Positions 1-11,938 of a stretch of DNA of 64,000 nucleotides are shown in pieces. Origin of the DNA: the human T2T-CHM13v2.0 reference genome, Homo sapiens; the NCBI RefSeq assembly GCF_009914755.1, contig NC_060933.1, one strand, 5' to 3'. The notes under the pieces were generated by a model that saw only the letters and a program-made list of their open reading frames with translations, did no database searches and was not told the origin of the DNA. The position numbers and the translations under genes were made by a program. Within the stretch, counting starts at the first letter, position 1. Each line of letters begins with the position of its first letter.

Positions 1-99
1 TTTATCGTCTTCCGATTCCAGGCAGACAAGCAGATGAAATTCCTTCCACAGCACTTCTTATCTCGACCCAAGTGCTTCTCTTTATTTTTTCTTTCTTTC

Positions 100-199
100 T
101 TTATTTTTCTAAAATCACTTTTACTTCAAGCTTTGTTTTCTCCAACTTGTCCTATGAAGAAAACAAAGGTTGAAGTAAAAGTGATTTTAGAAAAATAAA
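100..199. repeat. 42-bp inverted repeat (hairpin), 16-nt loop
   Basis: 100-141 TTTATTTTTCTAAAATCACTTTTACTTCAAGCTTTGTTTTCT is the reverse complement of 158-199 except for one mismatch (130/169); loop 142-157. Confidence 0.97.
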
Positions 200-223
200 A
201 GTGGTTGAGGTTCCGATTCTGAC

Positions 224-260
224 CTGTGCGGAATAACAGGGAGAGGAGGGGTGAGCACAG
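224..260 (-). other. candidate 3' splice site (branch point, polypyrimidine tract, CAG)
   Basis: Minus strand reads CTGTGCTCAC CCCTCCTCTC CCTGTTATTC CGCACAG|GTCAGA; yUnAy branch about 27 nt upstream of the AG; motif evidence only. Confidence 0.4.
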
Positions 261-1697
261 TACAGACAGGGAGTCTTTCCATGATGGTCCCCACCTCAGG
301 TATTTTCCTGATGTTTCAGAGGGTTACTCTTAATAAGCCATCCTCACCTCAAAAAAAAGAAACAAAAAAACGACGGTGTGAAGTAGTCAGTTCTTCACTG
401 CAGAATTATTCATGACAAAAATGGAAAAACCAACAATCCAATTTTCTGTTCTTCATTCACTGAGATTCAGTGGGCAGTAGTGTTTCGCAGAAAGTACTTC
501 AGAAAATATGAAGATAATTTCCTCATATTCCATACCATCAATTAGTTTCTATTTCAAAATGGATTTTCCTGCCCTCCAAAAAAAGTCAGTTCTCATTTAC
601 TTTAATCTCTTTATAGTTGTCCTTCCTCTTTAGCTAGAAAGTATTTCCTTGATGTTAGGTATCTGCCAACTTGGACAGCTAAAGACCAAAGCTGGCAGAG
701 ATACATCATTGTCATCTCTATGTTTCATTTTCCCAGAACCCAGCATGGGGAAAAAAATAAAAAATAAAAACCTATTTTCACATGCAACTGACACTAGCTC
801 AGTTGCTGAGATTAGCTCGTGAGTGTGGGGGAAACGTGTACCAGTTCCCTTTCATATATGTATCCTTTTTATCCTCTTCCATCTGCAACTCAATGGATAG
901 AAAATGTGATGGGTTGGAGAAATCTGTTCATTCTGGTAAAACTGTCTGGAGGTGTCAAGGCTAAGAATAGTCATAGGCTGACATTAAATAGTAGGGACAC
1001 ATGCTGAGCTGGCTCACCCAAAGCTGGTGTCTACAGCAGCACGCTAAATTAGAATTCAGATGGGAGACATTTTTTAGAATATTCTTGGGTCTGATTACTC
1101 AAGGACATTTCAATTTAGAGATGCAATGTGGCCCCTGGGGGTATGAATTCCCATGAGCCAGGCTGATTCAGGTGCTCTTAAGAATTATCTTTAAACCAGA
1201 ACACAGAATAGACAACTATCATAATAACCTTCTTCCTATCATTCAGTAAGGGTATTCTCTCTGAACACAGAGGCAGGATGCACACAGGGCAAGCAGGTTA
1301 AGCAATAAAGCAAATCTAAAAGAAACTATAATGCTTTCTGAGGTTATGGAGCAATTCTGTCCTTTGAAGATTTCCAGCTTGCAGATTTGTCTCTCTGAGA
1401 GCTTAGCTGATTCAAATCTTGGCAACATCCAAATTCAGCCTAGATTGAATATATGTCTAAATCTGTGACACCATAAATGTCACAATTATGGCAAAAATAT
1501 CCATTTCCTTTGGAAACCATGTTTCACTTCCAGTCATTGCTCCTTTAAATGAATTGCACATGTTTAGACTTAGATGCCCCAGTGGTTAAACTGATAGATA
1601 TAAAAAAGGACAGGTCACTCTTTCAGTCCTATTTGAGAAACAATTTGTAGATATAACCGTTCTTCTACTCTGAAGTTTTTTTCTGAGTTCTCTATTA

Positions 1698-1890
1698 AAA
1701 AGAGATCTTTCCTATGCCTTCACTTTTTACCAAACTGCTATTTAAGTCTGTTTTCTTTCACAAACTACCAAACAAGTTTCTTCAAAGAGATGTGTTAATT
1801 CACATACTTGTGGGGCAAGGAGCCTTAGGCTTGAGAGCTCATGTGGCATTCAAGTACATAACCCTGCCTCCAGGCAGGACCCTGCCAAAA
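1698..1890 (+). repeat. short local duplication A, probable donor copy
   Basis: 193 bp repeated in direct orientation at 4730-4921 with 3 differences. Confidence 0.97.
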
Positions 1891-2254
1891 ACCTATCAAA
1901 AGAATGGAAAGTGCAACCCGCCTTCTAGAGCTGGAGGAAAGAAATTTTCAGTGATTCCAATGTTTAGACACCCCATGTTGCTATCTACATGCCTAAAAGG
2001 GATTCCTCCCATCTTGTTATTTAAAACTCTTACTTCACATTTTTTTCACCATAGAGTGGAAACACATTTGCTAATAAACCTCTGATAGTCACGCTATTTC
2101 ATAGATGTGACTTCAAACAATCCCTATTCCTTTAGTTCCCCCCTTATAAGCTCGCATATTATTCAGTCGACATCACTGCTTTGTGCCCTTATATTGCTAT
2201 GGCAAGAACTAGAAAAAATACATTCTTGTAAGCAAATAAACGACATTCTGGGCT

Positions 2255-2645
2255 CATCCACTCATTCAACAAACATTCACTGAAAGCTCCTAGGAGTTGG
2301 AGTAGTTCCAGGAACTGAAATTAAAGCAGTACACAAAACAGATAAAATCCCTACCCTTTTGAAATGCACAGTCAATCTAGTGAGGGAAGATAGACCATCA
2401 ACAAAGTATGCAGTAAAAGAAAATAAATACAAATATAGATAGATGGATGTTTTTAAAATTGAAGGCAAAGTCAATAGAAGTACACATTTAGGAGACAAAA
2501 TTAGTAGTTTGGGTTTAGAAATATGGTTTGAGAAGCCTTTTGGGTATTTCCATTAGATTTTTCAAGTAGGCAGTTGGATATAAGTTTGCAGACTTGGGAG
2601 GAGATATCTGCCTAAGAGATATAAATTTTGGAGTTACCAGATGAC
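2255..2645 (-). mobile_element. L2 LINE fragments
   Basis: CATTCAACAAACATTCACTGA...GTACACAAAACAGATAAAATCCCTACCCT and CAAGTAGGCAGTTGGATATAAG resemble the L2 3' region. Confidence 0.65.
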
Positions 2646-2889
2646 TCAATTTTCACTTATGATTAACTTGTTCATACCATATATTTTGCAACAAGGCTCC
2701 AGTCATTTGCATTTCAACCTATCTTCTTTCTCCCTACTTCTTTAACTTTCAGCTGAAGCACCTGCTTCATTTTCTCAATTGTTTTTCAAATTTTCTAATA
2801 CAAGTTGATACATATATACCTGACTATATTTAATCACTAAGCTTAAGGGGAAAATTTACCTTCTTCTCCCAGTTCGTATTTTTACCAAA

Positions 2890-3060
2890 AACTATCAAGT
2901 GTTGACTTTGTGCCTTGAATTGTGTTAAGCATTTCCTATGTAACATGTCACTTAATTATCCAAAACCCTTACAAAATAGGTATTACTATGATCTACATTC
3001 TGTTGATATATAAATTTAAAAACAGAGACATTAAGCAAGTTGTCTCAGGTGAAACAGCCA
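2890..3060 (-). mobile_element. MIR
   Basis: Degenerate match to the MIR core (TGTGTTAAGCATTT...TAGGTATTACTAT...AGAGACATTAAGCAAGTTG). Confidence 0.55.
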
Positions 3061-3145
3061 CTGTCGTAAACATAATGGTATATCAGATGCACAGCCCGGC
3101 AATAAGTGAACATGTTACCCAACACCAGGCAATTTCAATCTTTGA

Positions 3146-3510
3146 GATATATATATGTGTGTGTGTATATATATATATATATATACACACACACATATAT
3201 CATAAATTTTATGTATATAATAAAATGAAAATAAACATTTTATTATATTTATGTATATATGTATATATTTACATACATATGTATTTTTGTATATATTTAC
3301 ATACTTATTATATGTACATAAATATGTATATAATGTATGTATATACATGTATAATGTATATAAATATGTATATAACGTATGTATATACATGCATAATGTA
3401 TATGAATATGTATATAAGTATAAGCATGTATATAAGTGTATACATATACATATATGTATATACTATGTATATATTTGTATACATAAATTTATATAAATAC
3501 ATATATATAT
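3146..3510. repeat. (TA)n/(TATG)n-rich low-complexity tract
   Basis: Alternating TA/TG/CA runs; source of the spurious Y/I/M/V-rich ORFs. Confidence 0.95.
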
Positions 3511-3939
3511 TTTTCCAGTCTACTAAAATCCATTGAGAGCCCTTTGAATGTGATACAAACATCTAAAAACTGTGTTCAAGATAAGCAGGCATATTAAAGA
3601 TGAGTGCCATATTCTCTCCACCATGATAAGTTGTTATACTATAAAATAACTGTGGGCCTTTTTAGTATTCTACTGGAAGAATCTAAAACTTAAGGGCAAA
3701 TAACTACAAAGATTAAAATGCTTTTTCCCAATTCTGTCATAAACTTGTAATTAGATAGCATCACTTCTCTAAGAATGATAAAAAATAGTTATCACATATT
3801 TAAAAAGTAAGATATATAGTCAACTAAAAAGAAATCTAAAATGAAGAGCAATTAAGTGTTTCACCCAAGGTTGTACATAAAATTAAGGGAGTTTAAATAA
3901 ACACAGGTGTTTTGCCTGAAATCCTTTTTTTCTATGCTG

Positions 3940-3940
<1 letters not shown>

Positions 3941-3970
<30 letters not shown>
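3941..3970. repeat. (TG)15 microsatellite
   Basis: Read directly. Confidence 0.98.
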
Positions 3971-3972
<2 letters not shown>

Positions 3973-4639
3973 ATTTAACTTAGATTGTGCAATGAGACAG
4001 AACACTATGAGAACTAAATTAGCCTTACCCTCTCAAAGTCAACATTATCCTTTCTGTTCCTTGCCTATTTCAGCCCTGAAAGAAGCCTGAAAAACAAGGT
4101 TTTTCTAAAATTGATTAATTTGTGAAACTTCTACCATATAACAAAATTATTTGGAGCATGAAGTAACTGTTTCTTCTTCCATTATATCTTACATATTTTT
4201 TCATAAAATAAATGCACATATTATGCAATTCCCCTAAATTATTATAATGTTTAGAATTTCTCGATCACTAGGCTCTTCACTGTGAGGACAACTTCCTGGA
4301 AGATTTACATATAAGGAGGTCATTTTGAAATGTCAGTAGCTAATCCCTTTGGATGATTTCTAAGACATACCAGCCTTATGATGAATTTTGCTCTGTCATG
4401 AATAGACTCTCAGAATATAGCAAGGTTGGGTGTAATATATCCCCATTTCAAGATATGGAAACAGACGAACTGAGACTTAACTTTCACATGATAACTAGGA
4501 CCAAAAAATTCTTCTTCAAGCTGTGAGAAGTCTGAAAGGAAATTGATTGTGGGAATAAAGTGTATTCTAGAGAAATAATGTTATGAATGTAGCCTACAAT
4601 AATTTATGAGTGATTTATAATTTCAAGTGTTTTTGTTAC

Positions 4640-4729
4640 ATATTCTAATATTTGGTCCTGAGAATAACCTGATGATGTAGGGAAGTGAGATATTATTAGG
4701 TTCAAACTACAGATGAGGAGACTGAAGCT
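4640..4729 (-). mobile_element. MIR fragment truncated by duplication A
   Basis: TACAGATGAGGAGACTGAAGCT matches the MIR core TTACAGATGAGGAAACTGAGGCT. Confidence 0.7.
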
Positions 4730-4921
4730 AAAAGAGATCTTTCCTATGCCTTCACTTTTTACCAAACTGCTATTTAAGTCTGTTTTCTTTCACAAACTAT
4801 CAAACAAGTTTCTTCAAAGAGATGTGTTAATTCACATACTTGTGGGGCAAGGAGCCTTAGGCTTGTGAGCTCATGGGCATTCAAGTACATAACCCTGCCT
4901 CCAGGCAGGACCCTGCCAAAA
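4730..4921 (+). repeat. short local duplication A, probable inserted copy
   Basis: Copy of 1698-1890 lying between a truncated MIR and a truncated LTR. Confidence 0.97.
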
Positions 4922-5362
4922 GAATACTCTTGGTCCCCTAAGAAGCAGGCCACAAGATAGGATTAAAACTTCAAGAGATTTATTGGCAGAGGGAAAAGGA
5001 GAAGTGGGGAGAGACTTCAGAATGCAATACAAGTATGACAGTTATGGAAAGAGAGAATGAAGGAAAGAGGCTTGAGTAGGTATTTCTTGCAATAGTGACT
5101 ACAGCACAGTTGCAAGAAAGTTTCAGCCAGATGATATAATGTCCTCAAGCTAAATAACTTCATTGGAAGAGCAAGTCCACCATCTTTCTGGAATGGGTCC
5201 ACCTTAATACCCCCACCATGCTTAGTCATTGGCTGAGAGCAGCCAATAGGAAGAATAACCTCTAAGTGAACACAGTGGTGAACCCAGAGGGCACACGCGG
5301 GGAATGTCAATTACTTCCTCACATCAGGAGATCTTGAGCAGCACATTTTCATAACTGCCACA
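4922..5362 (-). mobile_element. old ERVL LTR (LTR16/LTR33-like)
   Basis: GGTCCCCTAAGAAGCAGG...GAGATTTATTGG...CTTAGTCATTGGCTGAGAGCAGCC...GCCACA resembles LTR16/33-type ERVL LTRs. Confidence 0.55.
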
Positions 5363-6182
5363 GTCTCTTCTGATTACCAAAATAATAAGTAAAAATGGTA
5401 GGCCCAAAAGTTCACTGACATCTAGCAGAATATTTTATAAGCCTTTAATGTGAATGACACATGATACTTAATATTTTTTGGCAACTAGATTTGTGATCAT
5501 TGAATACAGTTATATGCAACAATTTGTTAGATTCTACTTTTGAAGCCAAATCTATAATATTTATGCATAGAAGCACAAAGTTGTAGAGTGAATCTGCTAA
5601 TATTATTCAGCTGCATGGAAACTGGTACAAGAGGGGGGAAAAATCAACTCCTGAAATGTTTGAAAAACTATCAATGGATTAGTTTTGCTACTAGATGCCT
5701 CTCAGTACATACTGTGATACAAATATTTTTAAGGTTCACTAGGTGAAATTTTGATAGATGCGTAACATTCTACAGCCTATTTACTTTCACCTGTCTGTCT
5801 AAGTGAACATACCTAAATAAATTATTTAAAATCAAAACCTCATTCCTCACAAGAAATAGTAGACATAGTTATCAAGTATTATCTGTTTAATGCATTGCAA
5901 GAAAACTTTCATTTTCCCCTAAAACCGACTCTAGAAATAAATCATTCCTTCAAAGCACATATGAAAAAACTGAGGTCAAGAGACTTTAACAACTTGCTTA
6001 AGATCTAACAGAGAATGGTAATTTCTGGATTTGAATTTGGCTCCATTGCCTATCAAGAAAAGGTGCAACACATCTAATAAAAATAGAGATTATACTATGG
6101 CTTTACACACACCCATTTGATTGTTTAAACAATAGTCCCTAGACTTGATTGATACAAAGATTCTTTTAAAAGTGGACCATCA

Positions 6183-6226
6183 AGAAGTGATATATTAGAA
6201 GTGATACATTTAGAAGTGATACATTA
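6183..6226. repeat. tandem repeat, 14-15 bp x3
   Basis: AGAAGTGATAYATT(T) three times. Confidence 0.9.
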
Positions 6227-8876
6227 CCATATTATCTTTGTAACAAAGAAGAATCATTTTTCCTATTTCTTACCTATCCCTGTTTCTGATTAAATAGCGT
6301 GGTAAGAATTTCTCTGAGAATTACGGATGAAAAAGTATCCTATCAATTATATTTTTGTTTGGACCATTTCTTGGGAAATTCCAGAATAAAAATCATATAA
6401 TTTTTTAATCTAATGAAATAAAAAATTTCTCTATGCACAAACATGTAGAAAGTTCAGCCAAAAAAAAAAAAAATCAAACGTAATCATGCAGTTATTCTAC
6501 CATGACACAATATCCATATCATTGTATGTACTTGTTTTCTGTGCCTAAAACACTCTTTTCCATACCTCTGCCATCGAAATAAGTCCTTAAGACTAGGTTC
6601 AAATTTTCCATTTTTTTCCCTGTGAAGCCTTCTGCACTATCCCCCAGCCTACCCTTCCTTAGCACATCTCAAATGTTGCTTGACCCTGTGCAGTACCCCA
6701 GCTCCTTGTATGGTACCCCCAATGTAGCTGTCATCACACTGCAGTGCACATATTTATTTGACTGCCATCAGCGATTGCCAAAGAATTCCTCTATGTTTGG
6801 TGCCTGACAAATGTCTGTGGTATAAAAGCAAGGCGACATGGTGGAAAGCAGATGACGCAGTGAAATCAACTACTGATCTTAAAAATTCTAATAAAGTGAT
6901 GCCTATTTATATCTAAACTTCATATTTCCTCCTCCAAGTGTAATCATATGATTTGATAAGGAAAAAGTGATGTTGATGTTTTGTTCAGATTTATGTTGAT
7001 GTAACCATCAAAAGCAAACAATAGAGCATAATATCACAATTACATTATATTCTCAGGATGATATTCAAAATAAATAGCTGGATGGATAAAGTACGCAAAA
7101 AGTGTATTAGTATATTTATAATAATTAGCCTAAAGAATTATGCCAAATAATTACCAAAATTTTGAAAAATATTGACTGATATTTTATGTGAACAGAAACA
7201 TAGCAAATGACATACTGAACATAACTTCAGTGTTAAATAAGCTTTCCTCTTTGCACTAATCTTAAAATTCTGTTGTCTTAATGTGTCCAAACACAGTATA
7301 CTATTTCAATTTCATCTACTAAACAAAATTGACCAACTGCATTATAACTCTTCTGTAAATTGTAATACAGTGTTATTAATTTTATGGACTTGCAATAGAA
7401 CAATATAATCTTGTTTCATCTGGTTTAGTATTGTACAGTTTATGCATCAGTATCTTTTATCAGACTATAAACCTCTTGACCTTAGCCCTCCTTATAATGT
7501 CCCCAAAAGGTAGCCCAATATCTTCTACATAACAGACATAAATACATACTTATCAAATTCAATTATAACATAAAAATTGAAAGAGAAAATAAATATCTTG
7601 AAAGCAAATGAAGAAAAATCAATTTGCTGGTTCCTTTATGACAACTGTAATGCTACTATTATGTCTTAATATAGTCATACAATGGTTTCATCATTTCTGT
7701 CCATCACCAAAAAGCATTCATTTATAGAGCATTAAGCTTGTCTGAGTATTATATGTTATACAACTAGAGACATTGTAGACAAAATTGCTGTGTCCTGCAT
7801 TCGAATAATATCCTCGCAGAAGAACAAAGCAACCTGGTCACTAGGAAAAATCAAATCACAAATATTTCTGGGAATGAAAAGAGGGAAAATTATTTATATT
7901 AATACATGAAAAAACATAACTCAATGCAGTTGTAAGTTTATATATTCCAAATGTGTTTGTATGGAGAACAGATTGTCATATGGTTAAAAAAAACTAGATT
8001 GCTACATATTAGGAAAAAAATGCAGAGATGGATAAGGCAAATCTACCCATCGTTATTTATCTATGTAAACTCCTACGTGCCATTTCATCTCTCAGATCCA
8101 TTCCCCTTTTCCATGGAGGCCTAGAGCACAGACTATTTATATGAAATAAATAGAATAATGTGTATGAAACTCATGTGAACTCTAAACCTGAATACACATA
8201 AGCTATTATTATATCATGTTTATAAATCCCACACAAATGCATAAACATACAGTATTTATAGAGAATTAAAACATTCATTGTAGGACTATGTGCATTCCAC
8301 AAGTAGCACCATGTACCAACAGATTGCTGTCACATTGCATTTGTATCTGTAAGCGTTAGTGCCATTTTCGCATACCTGTTAAGCAATCTTCCGTTATTAC
8401 TTTGCAACACATCATTTATGTTTCTCTCTTTACTAACATAAGACCATTATCTTGCCATTCAGCAACGACAGGTGATTCATCCTAGATTCCAAATGACATC
8501 TTCTTGACACAGGGTGTTAAAAAAAAAAAAAAAAAAAACTTTTTTTTTTGGACATATTTTACCTGTGCTTTAGATTCCTTTCCAAACAAAAACTCACAAA
8601 ATATATTTGGTAGCACAAACCAGCAGGGACTCATTAAATCCTTTCAAAGGGTAAAAGACAATAACATTTCATCATCAATTACTTGTATATTTTACCACTG
8701 GAGATTTCTACATGAAAAGTCCAAAATGGTAGAAGCTTGGCATAAAGGAGAGAGGAGAGGCAAGGAATGGAAAAACTTCATAAACTTAATCAAACAAAAT
8801 AAACTTCTGACTTGTTTTTTCAGTTGTCATCAGGAAGGATTAGAATGTCAAAAAGGCAAAAAGTATTTTTATGCAG

Positions 8877-9301
8877 TGTGACGGTTAATACTGACTGTCA
8901 ACTTGTTTGGATTAAAGGATGCCAAGGATTGATCCAGGTTGTGTCTATGAGGGTGTCGCCAAAGGAGGTTAACATTTGAGTCAGTGGGCTGGAGAAGACA
9001 GACCCACCCTTAATCTGGTGGTCACAATCTAATCAGCTGCCAGCAAATATAAAGCAGGCAGAAAAATGTGAAAAGGTGAGACTAGCCGAGCCACCCAGCC
9101 TACACCTTTCTCCTGTGCTGGATGCTTACTGCCCTCAAACATCAGACTCCAAGTTCTTCAGTTTTGAGACTCAGACCAGCTCTCCTTGCTCTTCAGCTTG
9201 CTGTGGGATGTTATGATTGTATAAGTTAATACTTAATAAACTCATATATATATATATATATCCTGTTATTTCTGTCCCTCTGGGAAACCCTGACTAATAC
9301 A
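8877..9301 (+). mobile_element. MLT2A (HERV-L) solo LTR
   Basis: TGTGACGGTTAATACTGACTGTCAACTTG...CAGACCCACCCTTAATCTGG...AATAAACTC(AT)n...CCCTGACTAATACA. Confidence 0.88.
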
Positions 9302-10635
9302 TCAGCAACTGATATTAGTGCTCTTACTTTCTGTCTCATATCAAGACTTAAGTGAATTTTTTACTTCTAATTTGACATTAATATTTTATTATCAATTATA
9401 ACTAACTGGTATTGAATACTTACTATGTATTAACCATTATATCATCTCATTTAATCATGAAAACAACCTTATACAGCAAGTAGAAGTAGGTAAGCAAATC
9501 TTAGGTCATATAGAGAATTACAAAAGACTGTAGATTTGAATGTAAATGCATTTGAATCCAAAGCATCTGCTTTTCATAGCCACTTCATTTGGTTTGTTAA
9601 AACAAAATGAAAACATTAAGTCAAACAAAGGCTGGAAATTAACACATAGGGAATCAATTATCAAATCTCCTTTATTGAAGCCTTTCTTGGGGAAGGGGCA
9701 CCTGTTAATGCCATTCCTTTGTAAAAGTTTACCTAATAAATATTCTTAAACTTGGTGTATGCAAAGTCACTAATTATAAGGATATCTATGTGTGGAGAAA
9801 GACACAAATGTGAACAAATACGATACAAGACTGATTTGAGCACAAAGATGGCTCAACTGCCTGATGAAACTAAGGAGAGATTTGACTTAAAAATATAATA
9901 CAGAAAAGAGTTTTGAAGGGAAGGTTTCCAGAGACATGAATTAGGAAGGGAAGTTTTGACAGAGCAGAAGACATTTAAGGGAGAAGGAACGGTTCACATT
10001 AAAAGGACTGGAGGTGTGAGAAATCAGAGTGCATGTAAAGAGCAGAACATGAAGGTCCCACAAAAGGAAATACATGGACATGGGATTTAAAAGACATATA
10101 GAGCTAAATCATGGTCCTGTGTGTCATGCAAAATATTTGGAATTTAGGTTTTAGGAAGAAATGGAGCTATTGAAGGATTTTCAATCAGGCGATGAATGAA
10201 ACAGACTTGCATTTGAGATACATTATTTAGCCCTTAGTCTAAAAGTAGATTTAATGGGATTAAAGCTGCAGACAGAGAGGCAAGGAGGCCAAAGTTGCCC
10301 AAAGCAGATTAGATTTTAAAAACGGATAAATTATTAAACGTCTGAGAGATCTAAAATAAAGGCTTTTATTTTGTTTTATATTAGCTTCTTAGCCTATGAA
10401 GGATAATTTTCTAACCAATTATTGCCTTGCCACCTTGTTATTGAAATTTTATTTCTAATGCCAAAATGACAATGATTTCAGGTACAAACTCATACTCATG
10501 TTGTTCTTTTTACCAATTAATAAGATAAAAATCTTCTTTGCTATTATAACTTACAGCTGAAAAACATGTTTCATAGAATAAGGCTTTAATTTCCTATGCT
10601 ATTTAATAAAAGAATACTTAGATTTGATATCCTGA

Positions 10636-10900
<265 letters not shown>

Positions 10901-11330
10901 AATTTTTAAATAATGAGTTTGTGCCCACTGAAAACCAATTCAGAAATAGGAATATAAAAAATTTTACGGGTGTTTAAATGAGAAAGAATACTAAGAAAAT
11001 TTGACTATCATGTAGTAGAAAATACAATAAGTGTAAAACCTCAAAAGAAGTGGTATGGTAGCACCAACTGTACAATTCCTGTCATCATATGTACTAAGTA
11101 GAAGGTTATCAGTAGATATACAATTAAAAAACTTTTTATTACATCTTGATAGTAATGGATTTTGTGATACACCCATCAAATTGATAGATCCCTCAAAATA
11201 ATTGTTTGATGACTAAAATATCATTAGTACTTCAAATGATAATGACAATACAGACCATTCTGTAAATACTGGTTTATTACATTTAGAGTCAGAAGGATTT
11301 CGTGGACAATAAATAAAACATGAAACTTGA

Positions 11331-11938
11331 TTTTTTTTAACGTTAAGTTCTTGGATATATATGCAAAATGTGCAGGTTTGTTACATAGGTATACACATGC
11401 CATGGTGGCTTGCTGTTCCCATCAATCCGTCATCTACATTAGGTATTTCTCCTAATGCTATCCCTCCCCTAGTCCCCTACCCACCGACAGGCCCCGGTGT
11501 GTGATGTTCCCCTCCCCGTGTCCTTGTGTTCTCATTGTTCAACTCCCATTTATGAGTGAGAACATGTGGTGTTTGGTTTTCTGTTTCTGTGTTAGTTTGC
11601 TGAGAATGATGGTTTCCAGCTTCATCCATGTCCCTGCAAAGGACATGAACTCATCCTTTTCTACGGCTGCATAGTATTCCATGGAGTATATGTGCCACAT
11701 TTTCTTTATCCAATCTATCACTGATGGGCATTTGGGTTGGTTCCAAGTCTTTGCTATTGTGAATAGCACAATAAACATACGTGTGCATGTGTCTTTATAG
11801 TAGAATGACTTATAATCCTTTCAGTATATAATGGGATTGCTGGGTCAAATGGTATTCCTGGTTCTAGATCCTTGAGGAATCACCACACTGTCTTCCACAA
11901 TGGTTGAACTAATTTACGCTCCCACCAATGGTGTAAAT
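11331..11938 (-). mobile_element. 5'-truncated L1PA (about PA6-7)
   Basis: L1 3'UTR plus ORF2 C-terminus ([16 protein letters not shown] 11539-11778); AACTTGA on both flanks. Confidence 0.93.

Noticed and set aside
1034-1052. CAGCAGCACGCTAAATTAG resembles miR-15/16 family mature sequence
   Set aside because: No complementary arm nearby to form a precursor, and the match decays after about 10 nt.
1714-2085. 123-aa ORF overlapping duplication A
   Set aside because: No recognisable domain or exon context; consistent with a chance ORF.
2922-3562. 204-aa ORF and overlapping Y/I/M/V-rich ORFs
   Set aside because: Read-through of the (TA)n/(TG)n tract.
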